NCBI GenBank assembly: GCA_023247725.1
Contig: JAHFFW010000003.1
Coordinates: 704 to 64,703, forward strand
DNA: 64,000 nt
Source: Candidatus Omnitrophota bacterium
Lineage (GTDB): Bacteria > Omnitrophota > Gorgyraeia > Zapsychrales > JAHFFX01
Direction of reading: 5' to 3'
The notes under the pieces were generated by a model that made no database searches, had not been told where the DNA came from, and was given only the letters and a program-made list of their open reading frames with translations. Numbering within the stretch: the stretch's first letter is position 1; each line of letters opens with the position of its first letter. A program made the position numbers and the translations under genes. Of this stretch, positions 40,541 through 49,107 are shown in pieces.

Positions 40541-41704
40541 ATGAAAAAAGTTGTTCTGGCGTATTCCGGTGGACTTGACACCTCCTGCGCCATTCCGTGG
40601 CTCAAGGACAAAGGCTATGCGGTCATCGCCATGATCGCGGATGTTGGCCAAAAAGAAGACTTTGCTCAAATCAAGACCCGGGCGCTTAAAACCGGCGCCG
40701 CCAAAGTGCACGTGCTTGATTTGAAAAAGGAATTTGTTGAGAACTATGTATTCGCTGCCTTAAAGGCCGGCGCGGTTTACGAACGCAAATATTTTATGGC
40801 GACGTCCTTATCCCGCCCGATCATCGCTAAATATCAGGTCGAGGTGGCGCATCAAGAGAAGGCGACGGCCATTGCGCACGGCTGTACTGGAAAAGGAAAC
40901 GATCAAGTGCGTTTTGAAGTGACGGCCAAAATCCTTGATCCGAAACTAGAGACGATTGCGCCGGTGAGAATTTGGGAATTCAAAACCCGCGAGGAGGAAA
41001 TCGATTATTTGTACTCGAAAGGCGTGACGCTTGAAATCACCAAGAAGAAACCGTATTCCATCGACAAAAACATTTATGGGATGAGCATTGAGGCGGGCGT
41101 CCTGGAAGATCCATGGACCGAGCCGCCGGAAGATATTTACCAGATGACGACCTCACCGGAAAAGGCCCCATCGAAACCGATTTATTGTGAAATCGATTTC
41201 GGAAAAGGAATTCCCAAAAAACTGAACGGCAAATCCTATCATGGCGTCGTCTTATTAGAGAAGCTCAATCATATAGGGGGGACGCAGGGAATTGGCCGCG
41301 TGGATATGGTGGAAAATCGCTTGGTGGGGATTAAGTCCCGGGAAATCTATGAATGTCCCGGCGGTACGATCTTATTGACGGCCCATCAGGAACTCGAGGC
41401 CATGGTTTTGGATCGGGAAACGATGCGTTACAAACAGGGCGTTTCCCTCAAATACGCCGATCTGATTTACTACGGACTCTGGGAAACGCCCCTCAAAAAA
41501 CAACTGGATCAATACATCGAAGAAACTCAACGCCATGTGACGGGCACGATCCGATTGAAATTGTATAAAGGCAATTGCACGGTCGTCGGCCGTAAGTCGC
41601 CGTACTCCCGTTATAAAAAGGAACTGGCCACCTATGGCCACGGAGATCAGTTTGATCAGAAATTATCAGAAGGGTTTATTAAAATTTGGGGAATGCCGTA
41701 TTGA
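40541..41704 (+). CDS. argG: argininosuccinate synthase
   Basis: LAYSGGLDTS, HGCTGKGNDQVRFE, ENRLVGIKSREIYE. Confidence 0.98.
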   Translation: MKKVVLAYSGGLDTSCAIPWLKDKGYAVIAMIADVGQKEDFAQIKTRALKTGAAKVHVLDLKKEFVENYVFAALKAGAVYERKYFMATSLSRPIIAKYQVEVAHQEKATAIAHGCTGKGNDQVRFEVTAKILDPKLETIAPVRIWEFKTREEEIDYLYSKGVTLEITKKKPYSIDKNIYGMSIEAGVLEDPWTEPPEDIYQMTTSPEKAPSKPIYCEIDFGKGIPKKLNGKSYHGVVLLEKLNHIGGTQGIGRVDMVENRLVGIKSREIYECPGGTILLTAHQELEAMVLDRETMRYKQGVSLKYADLIYYGLWETPLKKQLDQYIEETQRHVTGTIRLKLYKGNCTVVGRKSPYSRYKKELATYGHGDQFDQKLSEGFIKIWGMPY

Positions 41705-41762
41705 TTCGTGACTCGTCGCCCGTGGCTCGTCTCGGGACACGAGTCACGGGTCCCGAGCCACT
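41701..41762. repeat. GTGRCYC-family heptamer inverted repeat
   Basis: TTGATTC GTGACTC GTCGCCC GTGGCTC ... GAGTCAC GGGTCCC GAGCCAC; the argG TGA lies inside the first unit. Confidence 0.9.
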
Positions 41763-41777
41763 AAAAAGGAAATCACC

Positions 41778-43121
41778 ATGACCAAACTCTGGGGAGGACG
41801 ATTTAGCAAAAAGACTGATCCAAGGGTGGAGGAGTTCACCCGGTCGATTCACTTTGACCGGAAACTCGCGGCCTACGATTGCATCGGCTCCTTGACGCAC
41901 ATCGATATCCTGAAGAAGGCGAATCTCATTTCTTCGAAAGAACATAAACACCTGCAAAGCGGTTTGGAGGAAATCCTTCAGTCCATTCGTCAAAGTCGAT
42001 TTCCGATTGATGAAACGGCGGAAGATATCCATACGGCGATCCAGCAGGCCTTAGAAAAAAAAGTGGGGAAGGTGGCGCTTAAACTCCACACCTGTCGCTC
42101 GCGCAACGATCAAGTTGTCTTTGCCACAAAACTCTTCTGCATGGAAGAGATCAAAAATATCCAAAAGCTTCTGGAAGGTCTTCGCCAAACCCTTTTTGAT
42201 GTGGCCTTAGAGAACTCAGACATTTACCTGCCGGGATATACTCATCTGCAGCATGCGATGCCCGTTCGGCTGGTCGATGTTCTTTTGGCTTATGAAGAAA
42301 TGTTCACGGCCGACCAAAAACGTCTGCAGAATGTCTATGAAGGCATTCACCTCAATATGGGCTCGGGAGCGCTCGCCGGGACTTTTATTGATGCCAAAAA
42401 CTATAATCAGGCGGTTCATTCGGTTCTTCCGGAACGATTGCAGGTGAAGTCGACGACCAATTCGATTTATACCGTGAGCGACCGTGATTTTGTCGTGGAT
42501 CTCTTGAATGCCTTGTCCATCACTGGCATGCATGCCTCGCGTTTGGCGGAGGATTTTATTCTGTGGGCCACCCAGGAATTCGATTTTATCGATATTGACG
42601 AATCGTTTTGCACGGGGAGTTCGCTCATGCCGCAGAAAAAAAATCCCGATGTCCTGGAACTCATCCGCGGCTACAGCGGGAGGCTTTATGGGAATCTTGT
42701 CAATGTATTGGTCGTTCTCAAAGGGCTGCCGTTGTCCTACAATCGCGATTTGCAGCACGACAAGGAACCCCTGTTTGATTCACTGCGGATCGTGAACGGC
42801 GAGTTGTCCATCTTGACGGCGTTATTGAAAAAGATTTCATTCAAAAAAACCAGCATCGAACGACAATTAGACGATGAATTGCTTTATGCGACGGATTTAG
42901 CTGATCATTTAGTCAAAAGCGGAGTTCCCTTCAAAGAGGCCCACTCCACGATTGGAAAGTTGGTCAGTTACAAACTTGCCCAAGGCAAGGACCTCATCCG
43001 CATGAGCGCGGAAGAATTAAAGGTATTTTCTCCCTTTTTGACCCCGGCGGTCATTCGCCATACCATCAATCCGAAACATTCGGTGCAGGCCAAAAAATCC
43101 GTCACCAAGCGGATCAAATAA
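41778..43121 (+). CDS. argH: argininosuccinate lyase
   Basis: LWGGRF, RSRNDQV, PGYTHLQ, GSSLMPQKKNPD. Confidence 0.97.
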   Translation: MTKLWGGRFSKKTDPRVEEFTRSIHFDRKLAAYDCIGSLTHIDILKKANLISSKEHKHLQSGLEEILQSIRQSRFPIDETAEDIHTAIQQALEKKVGKVALKLHTCRSRNDQVVFATKLFCMEEIKNIQKLLEGLRQTLFDVALENSDIYLPGYTHLQHAMPVRLVDVLLAYEEMFTADQKRLQNVYEGIHLNMGSGALAGTFIDAKNYNQAVHSVLPERLQVKSTTNSIYTVSDRDFVVDLLNALSITGMHASRLAEDFILWATQEFDFIDIDESFCTGSSLMPQKKNPDVLELIRGYSGRLYGNLVNVLVVLKGLPLSYNRDLQHDKEPLFDSLRIVNGELSILTALLKKISFKKTSIERQLDDELLYATDLADHLVKSGVPFKEAHSTIGKLVSYKLAQGKDLIRMSAEELKVFSPFLTPAVIRHTINPKHSVQAKKSVTKRIK

Positions 43122-43122
43122 C

Positions 43123-44379
43123 ATGCATGATTTTATTTTCAAAAATAATGAACTGCACTGCGAAGCTGTGAAAGTGAGCGATGTGGCCGAACAGATTGGC
43201 ACGCCATTTTATTTGTATAGTCATCATAGCCTGGTCGATCACTTCACCAAGATCAAAAAGGCCTTTGCGCCGGTAGATCCCATCATCTGCTTTGCGATGA
43301 AAGCCAATGGAAACATGGCCGTCGTCAAAACCCTTTTGAATGAGGGAGCGGGCCTGGACATTGTCTCTAAAGGGGAATTGGAAAAGGCCTTAACGCTGGG
43401 GGCCGATCCCAAAAAAATTGTCTTTGCCTCCGTTGGAAAAACAGCGGAGGAAATCAGTCAAGCCATCCGCGCCGGGATTCTTTTTTTAAACGTGGAGTCG
43501 GTTCCGGAATTGGAGGAGATCAACCGCATCTCCCAAAAACTGAATCAAAAAGCCCGCGTGGCCTTGCGCATCAATCCGGATGTGGAGGCTCCGACCCACA
43601 GCTTCATCAAGACCGGTACCCTCGAGAAAAAATTTGGCATTGATCTGCGCTCGGCGCGGCGCCTTTTTAAGTCGCGCAGTCGCTTTCCCTTTGTGACCAT
43701 CAACGGCCTGCATATCCATATCGGTTCGCAAATCACCGAAAGCCAACCCTTCATCAGGGCCATGAAAAAAGTCATTGAATTTTTGCAAGCCTTGCGCAAG
43801 GATAATATCCGCTTGGAATACCTGGATATGGGCGGAGGCATGGGGATCATCTACAAAGATGAAAAACCGCAAACGGCTCAAGAATTTGCCAACCGCATCT
43901 TGCCTTATCTCGAGCAAACGCAGTTAAAAATTGTGATGGAGCCCGGCCGCTTCATTGTCGGCAATGCCGGAATTTTTGTGACCAAGGTTTTGTATATCAA
44001 GGATAATGGTTTTAAAAAATTTGTGATTGTCGACGGCGGCATGAATGACCTCATCCGGCCGTCGTTGTATCATGCCTATCATGAAATCGTGCCCGTCAAA
44101 AAAACCAAGTCTCCATCAATGAAAGCCGATATCGTTGGCCCGGTTTGCGAAAGCGGCGATTTTTTTGCCAAGGATCGGCGGATTCCGAGGGTAAAAAAAG
44201 ATGACCTCTTGGCGGTCATGAGCGCCGGGGCCTATGGATACGTCATGGCCAGCAATTACAACATGCGGCCGCGGGTGCCTGAGGTCCTGGTCAAAGGCGA
44301 TCGATTCGAAGTCGTCAAGGAACGCGAAACGTTTGCGGATTTGATTCGGGGGGAACGCATTCCCGAATTTTTGAAATAA
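43123..44379 (+). CDS. lysA: diaminopimelate decarboxylase
   Basis: FAMKAN, HIHIGSQI, EPGRFIV, GPVCESGD, MASNYN. Confidence 0.97.
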   Translation: MHDFIFKNNELHCEAVKVSDVAEQIGTPFYLYSHHSLVDHFTKIKKAFAPVDPIICFAMKANGNMAVVKTLLNEGAGLDIVSKGELEKALTLGADPKKIVFASVGKTAEEISQAIRAGILFLNVESVPELEEINRISQKLNQKARVALRINPDVEAPTHSFIKTGTLEKKFGIDLRSARRLFKSRSRFPFVTINGLHIHIGSQITESQPFIRAMKKVIEFLQALRKDNIRLEYLDMGGGMGIIYKDEKPQTAQEFANRILPYLEQTQLKIVMEPGRFIVGNAGIFVTKVLYIKDNGFKKFVIVDGGMNDLIRPSLYHAYHEIVPVKKTKSPSMKADIVGPVCESGDFFAKDRRIPRVKKDDLLAVMSAGAYGYVMASNYNMRPRVPEVLVKGDRFEVVKERETFADLIRGERIPEFLK

Positions 44380-44387
44380 GTTGAAAG

Positions 44388-44488
44388 GGTCACACCTCAC
44401 AAGGTCACCAGTCACAAGTGATATTGACCGTTCAAAATTCTTGAACAGTCCAACACCTGTGACGTTGTGACCTGTGGCGTTGTGACTT
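44388..44488. repeat. GTCACAA-family 7/8-mer inverted repeat with a paired core
   Basis: GTCACAC CTCACAAG GTCACCA GTCACAA ... GTTCAA/TTGAAC ... CTGTGAC GTTGTGAC CTGTGGC GTTGTGAC. Confidence 0.88.
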
Positions 44489-44493
44489 TGCTA

Positions 44494-45327
44494 ATGGCAC
44501 ATCAAAACCAGCGAATTCTGTTTACAAAAATGGTCGGAGCCGGGAATGATTTTCTGGTGATCGAAAATCTTTCTAAAACCGATCCCCAAAAGCTCGCGGT
44601 AGCCATGTGTGCGCGCCAAACCGGCGTGGGCGCCGACGGTCTTCTTCTCTTGGGGACGTCCAAGAAAGCCGATTACCAAATGCGCATCATCAATTCCGAC
44701 GGTTCCGAAGCGGAGATGTGCGGAAATGGCGTCCGCTGCCTGGCCGTTTATATTACCCATTTTAAAAAACCGAAAAAGAAACTCTTCACGATCGAGACCT
44801 TGGCCGGCATGGTGGAGGGCCAAGCCAACCGCGAAACGGCCCGGGTTCATTTGAGCGACCCGAAAGATTACCGTCCGGATCTCCCTTTAGAAATCAACGG
44901 CCGTTCCTTAAAAGCGAATTCCATCGATACGGGGGTGCCGCACCTCATCATTTTCGTGGACGGACTCGACAACATCGCCGTCAACGAATTGGGCCGCCAA
45001 TTGCGGCATCATGCAGCCTTTGAACCCCGCGGGACAAACGTCAACTTTGTTGAACAAAAAAATGAAACGCTGGTTGCGGTCAGAACCTATGAACGCGGCG
45101 TCGAAGCCGAAACCAATGCCTGCGGCACAGGAGCGGTCGCCTCCGGTATCGTTGGATTTTTGCTGGCGCATCCTCAAATTCAAACAACCAAGAAAGCAGT
45201 CATGAACGTCTTAACCAAAAGTAGAGAAATCTTAGAGATTTCTTTTCAAATAAACAACGGCCGGATTTTTGATGTTTGGCTCAAAGGCAGTGGAAAGATC
45301 ATTGCCCAAGGGGAGTACTATGTTTAA
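44494..45327 (+). CDS. dapF: diaminopimelate epimerase
   Basis: GAGNDF, NSDGSEAEMCGNG, TYERGVEAETNACGTG. Confidence 0.97.
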   Translation: MAHQNQRILFTKMVGAGNDFLVIENLSKTDPQKLAVAMCARQTGVGADGLLLLGTSKKADYQMRIINSDGSEAEMCGNGVRCLAVYITHFKKPKKKLFTIETLAGMVEGQANRETARVHLSDPKDYRPDLPLEINGRSLKANSIDTGVPHLIIFVDGLDNIAVNELGRQLRHHAAFEPRGTNVNFVEQKNETLVAVRTYERGVEAETNACGTGAVASGIVGFLLAHPQIQTTKKAVMNVLTKSREILEISFQINNGRIFDVWLKGSGKIIAQGEYYV

Positions 45328-46210
45328 GGGTTCCATTGTCGCGATTCTCACTCCATTTCAAAACGGCAGGGTCGATGAAACGGCGCTCTCGAAGCTGATT
45401 GAATTCCAGATCAAAAATGGAACAACCGGGATTGTTCCCTGCGGAACGACCGGCGAATCGCCTACGTTGTCGACGGCAGAGCATGAGAGGGTGATTGAAC
45501 TTTGCCTCAAATTCACGGCCAAGCGAATTCCGGTGATTGCGGGCACGGGCTCTAATTCAACCGAAGAAGCGATTTCGCTGACGCGGCATGCGGCGCAGGC
45601 TGGAGCCGACGCGGCTCTGATTGTTTCTCCTTACTACAATCGTCCGACGCAAAAAGGCCTTTATTTGCATTTTAAAGCGATTGCCGACGCTGTGGATGTC
45701 CCCATTATCTTGTACAACATCGCCGGCAGGACGGGAGTGAATATTGAACCGGCGATCATTCAAAAACTGGCGAATGATTGCAAAAATATCATCGGGGTTA
45801 AGGAAGCCTCCGGATCTTTGGATCAGATGGCGAACATTCGGCACCTATGCGGTGAAAAATTTATTTTGTTATCCGGTGACGATGCCTTGACCCTGCCGCT
45901 TTTATCCATCGGGGGGGCGGGTGTCATTTCTGTCGTCGCGAATATTGTCCCCAAGGACGTGAGCGACATGGTCCATGCCTTTGAAAAGGGCGACCCACAA
46001 AAAGCCCAAAGGCTTCACGAAAAGCTTTACCCCTTGATCAAGGCCATGTTTCTCGAAACGAATCCCATTCCCGTCAAAACCGCCGCTGGCCTGATGGGGC
46101 TTTGCCAGCCGGATTTACGCTTACCGTTGTGCGAAATGGGAGAAGAAAACCTCGCCAAGCTCAAAAAAGCCCTCAAGGATTATGGGCTGATGAAAACGAA
46201 GTCGTCGTAA
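45320..46210 (+). CDS. dapA: 4-hydroxy-tetrahydrodipicolinate synthase
   Basis: GTTGESPTL, PYYNRP, GVKEASG, SGDDAL, ETNPIPVK. Confidence 0.97.
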   Translation: MFKGSIVAILTPFQNGRVDETALSKLIEFQIKNGTTGIVPCGTTGESPTLSTAEHERVIELCLKFTAKRIPVIAGTGSNSTEEAISLTRHAAQAGADAALIVSPYYNRPTQKGLYLHFKAIADAVDVPIILYNIAGRTGVNIEPAIIQKLANDCKNIIGVKEASGSLDQMANIRHLCGEKFILLSGDDALTLPLLSIGGAGVISVVANIVPKDVSDMVHAFEKGDPQKAQRLHEKLYPLIKAMFLETNPIPVKTAAGLMGLCQPDLRLPLCEMGEENLAKLKKALKDYGLMKTKSS

Positions 46211-46266
46211 TCACCGAATCTCAAGAAACAATCACCAAAAAAATAATCAAATTCCAATAATCAAAA
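46208..46266 (+). repeat. AATCAC/ATAATCA-type degenerate heptamer arm
   Basis: TAATCAC CGAATCTC AAGAAAC AATCACC ... ATAATCA AATTCCA ATAATCA; begins at the dapA TAA. Confidence 0.5.
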
Positions 46267-46290
46267 TTTATGGGATCAAGGGAGATATCG

Positions 46291-46476
46291 ATGGGGCTCA
46301 TCCATGCCAATATCGTGCTGAAGAATCCTCAGCGGAGTAAACTTGCGCCGGTCAAAACAACCGCCTCGGTTGATTCGGGAGCGGTGCATTTATGTATTCC
46401 CGAGCACATTCAATTGCAATTAAAACTGAAATCCATCGACCAGAAAGAATTTTCCTTGGCCGAGGTTTCATTCTAA
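46291..46476 (+). pseudogene. truncated clan AA (retropepsin-like) aspartic protease
   Basis: MGLIHANIVLKNP...VDSGAVHLCIPEHI; ends after 61 aa, about half a domain. Confidence 0.7.
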
Positions 46477-46477
46477 G

Positions 46478-46537
46478 ATGATCAAACTCGCCATCAGCGG
46501 CTATCGGGGAGCGATGGAAAGAAATTATAGTTATTGA
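46478..46537 (+). pseudogene. relic copy of the dapB 5' end
   Basis: The 23 nt ATGATCAAACTCGCCATCAGCGG are identical to 47217-47239; MIKLAISGYRGAM vs MIKLAISGARGRM. Confidence 0.88.
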
Positions 46538-46556
46538 AGAAACAGTGAGGTGGGAT

Positions 46557-46883
46557 ATGGTCAAAGTTAATTTTCTTCCCAAGCCCCTTAGAAAAAAGGG
46601 TATTGAGCAAAAATTGCAAAACGCCTGCGAAGAGAATGACATCGTGTTTCTAGCCATGTTCGGTTCGTTTGCCCAAGCTAAACAAACAAAAAAAAGTGAC
46701 ATCGACTTCATTGTACGCTTTGATAAATCGCAAACCAAAAGCCTCTTGGATTTGATTCATACAGAAAATGATCTAAAAAAAATATTCAAACGAAAAATAG
46801 ATCTGCTGACCGAAGACAGCCTTAGCCCCTATCTCAAAGACGACGTTTTAAAGTCAATGCGGGTTGTCTATGAAAAACGATAA
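46557..46883 (+). CDS. minimal nucleotidyltransferase (MntA-type antitoxin)
   Basis: FGSFA......SDIDFIV and KIDLLT. Confidence 0.9.
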   Translation: MVKVNFLPKPLRKKGIEQKLQNACEENDIVFLAMFGSFAQAKQTKKSDIDFIVRFDKSQTKSLLDLIHTENDLKKIFKRKIDLLTEDSLSPYLKDDVLKSMRVVYEKR

Positions 46884-47199
46884 GGTTTATCTGAAGCATA
46901 TTTTTAAAGCCATTGATCTTATTGAAGAATTTACACGGGATATGACCCAAGAAGATTTTCTGCACGATAGTCTTGTTAGCAGCGCCGTTATAAGGCAATT
47001 AGAAATCATAGGAGAAGCGGTCAAGAATTTAACTCCGGATTACAAAAGAAAACGTCGAGATATCCCCTGGAAAGATATCGCCGGATTAAGAGATAAGTTG
47101 ATCCATCAGTATTTTGGTGTGGATTTGGCCTTGGTCTGGGCGATATGCTTAAAAGAGATTCCGCCATTAAAGCACAGAATTTCTCTGTCTTTCGAATAA
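46870..47199 (+). CDS. HEPN/DUF86 (HepT-type) RNase toxin
   Basis: RQLEIIGEAVK, IPWKDIAGL, and RX4HXY motif RDKLIHQY. Confidence 0.92.
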   Translation: MKNDKVYLKHIFKAIDLIEEFTRDMTQEDFLHDSLVSSAVIRQLEIIGEAVKNLTPDYKRKRRDIPWKDIAGLRDKLIHQYFGVDLALVWAICLKEIPPLKHRISLSFE

Positions 47200-47216
47200 C
47201 CTTAAGGAATACAACC

Positions 47217-47948
47217 ATGATCAAACTCGCCATCAGCGGTGCCCGCGGCAGGATGGGGCAACGGATCACAGCGCTCGCCGCTGAAGACAAGGCCTTTAAG
47301 ATTGTGGCCTTATTAGAAAATCCCCAGCACCCCGATGCCAATTCTCAGAAGAACGGCCTGACGATCAGCCCGGATCCATCCGTGATGAAAAAGTCCAATG
47401 TCCTCATCGAGTTCACATCGCCAGTGGCCACGATGGAACATCTGGATGCGGCCCAAAAATTTCGCATCAAAATGGTGATCGGCACAACCGGTCTCAACGA
47501 AATACAGATCGAACAGATTAAGGCCGCCAGCAAAAGGATTCCCATTGTCTTTTCCTCCAATATGTCGGTCGGGGTGAACATTCTGTTTGCCACTGCCCGG
47601 GATTTGGCTCGCCGCTGTGCCGGCCGATACCAGATGCGTATTGTCGAGGCTCATCACATCCATAAAAAAGACGCCCCATCGGGAACCGCCAAAACTTTAA
47701 CCCAGATTATTGAACAAGCGGCGAAAGACAAGGTGGTCGACATCCAGTCCATTCGCGAGGGAGAAACCATCGGCGATCACGAAATCATTTTCGAAAGCCC
47801 GGTCGATACCATCAAAATTAGCCATCACGCGAAGACGCGCGACATCTTTGCCGCCGGGGCGCTCGTCGCCGCCAAGTTTCTCGCTAAAAAATCCAAAGGT
47901 CTTTTCACCATGGAAGATGTCCTTGGAATAAAAAATAAGGAGATATAG
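47217..47948 (+). CDS. dapB: 4-hydroxy-tetrahydrodipicolinate reductase
   Basis: GARGRMG, IGTTG, NMSVGVN, EAHHIHKKDAPSGTA. Confidence 0.97.
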   Translation: MIKLAISGARGRMGQRITALAAEDKAFKIVALLENPQHPDANSQKNGLTISPDPSVMKKSNVLIEFTSPVATMEHLDAAQKFRIKMVIGTTGLNEIQIEQIKAASKRIPIVFSSNMSVGVNILFATARDLARRCAGRYQMRIVEAHHIHKKDAPSGTAKTLTQIIEQAAKDKVVDIQSIREGETIGDHEIIFESPVDTIKISHHAKTRDIFAAGALVAAKFLAKKSKGLFTMEDVLGIKNKEI

Positions 47949-47950
47949 AA

Positions 47951-48172
47951 ATGACTAAAGCCTTAGAAGAAATTGTTTTTATCGTAGAAGAATCCCCGGA
48001 GGGGGGCTATGTCGCCAGGGCATTGGGAGTCAGCATTTTTACCCAGGCGGAGGATTTGAAAAGTTTGCGCACAGAGGTAATCGACGCCGTCCGTTGCCAT
48101 TTTCACGATCATCCGCAGCCACCGAAGATCATTCGCCTTCACATGGTCAAAGATGAAGTCCTGGCTGTATGA
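47951..48172 (+). CDS. HicB-like antitoxin (short form)
   Basis: EESPEGGYVARALGVSIFTQA; ATGA overlap with the hicA-like gene. Confidence 0.8.
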   Translation: MTKALEEIVFIVEESPEGGYVARALGVSIFTQAEDLKSLRTEVIDAVRCHFHDHPQPPKIIRLHMVKDEVLAV

Positions 48173-48411
48173 AGATCCCTCGTGATATTACCGGCCTTGA
48201 TTTAGCCAAAGCCTTAAAACGTTATGGTTGCGAGATTGGACGGCAAACCGGAAGTCATCTGCGTTTGATGACTCAATTGAACGGTGAGCATCATATCACT
48301 ATTCCGCGTCACAATCCGCTTAAGATCGGAACATTGTCCGCTATTCTAAGCGACGTTGCAATTCATCTTGAAAAAGAACGAGGTAAATTCATTGAGGAGC
48401 TGTGGGGATAA
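48169..48411 (+). CDS. HicA-family mRNA interferase toxin
   Basis: RQTGSH..L...HHITIP.H..LKIGTLSAIL. Confidence 0.88.
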   Translation: MKIPRDITGLDLAKALKRYGCEIGRQTGSHLRLMTQLNGEHHITIPRHNPLKIGTLSAILSDVAIHLEKERGKFIEELWG

Positions 48412-48425
48412 TGGGATTCGAAAAT

Positions 48426-48525
48426 ACCCGCGACATCTTCGCCGCCGGAGCGCTGGCGGCTGCAAAATTCTTAGCCAAGAAAAAACGGCCTCTTTAGCCT
48501 GGAAAAAGTCCTTAGTGAAAATTAA
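48426..48525 (+). pseudogene. relic copy of the dapB 3' end
   Basis: TRDIFAAGALAAAKFLAKK-(frameshift)-GLFSLEKVL vs dapB TRDIFAAGALVAAKFLAKKSKGLFTMEDVL. Confidence 0.9.
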
Positions 48526-48673
48526 TCCAAATAAAATCGAGGGAATATCGTTAAACCAGTCGAAGAAATACTTTTTATGGTATGGGGGAGTTTCCAATCC
48601 CCATTAGACAGTTGAATAAATTTTCGTCTGCCCCAATTCCATCCATCAAAAAAAAGAGGCCATTCACCGATAC

Positions 48674-49084
48674 GTGGTCTCGGGCTTTTATACGGTCTGC
48701 ATCTTGGGAGGGTTCTATTTCACTGCAATGGTGGTCGCCTTTGGGTTGCAGACGACTCAATGGCAAGAATGCCCAGGAGAAATCCAAGGGGTCGAATACA
48801 TTCAGAGCGTCCCCACTTCCCTTTTTCCTCCCTACTATGAAGTGCTATACCGATACAACGTAGATGGAAAAAGTTACGATGGCAGCGAAGGTGAAAGTGT
48901 CTTTCACATGAAGTCACATTATTCTCCCGGACAAACTGTAAAAGTTTATTACAATCCGAAGGAATATTTTATGTCGGTATTGACTCCGGGCATTGATGTG
49001 GGGCTCGCTTTGCTGGGAATATTCTTTTCCTTTATTGCCTATCTTGTTTTTATGATGAAACGAAAGAAATTTCGTTATCCATAA
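48674..49084 (+). CDS. DUF3592-like membrane protein (start uncertain)
   Basis: TM, then W....G.I...Y.YNVDGKSY...GQTVKVYYNP, then a second TM. Confidence 0.7.
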   Translation: MVSGFYTVCILGGFYFTAMVVAFGLQTTQWQECPGEIQGVEYIQSVPTSLFPPYYEVLYRYNVDGKSYDGSEGESVFHMKSHYSPGQTVKVYYNPKEYFMSVLTPGIDVGLALLGIFFSFIAYLVFMMKRKKFRYP

Positions 49085-49107
49085 ATACTCATTAGAAAGG
49101 GCCTTGT

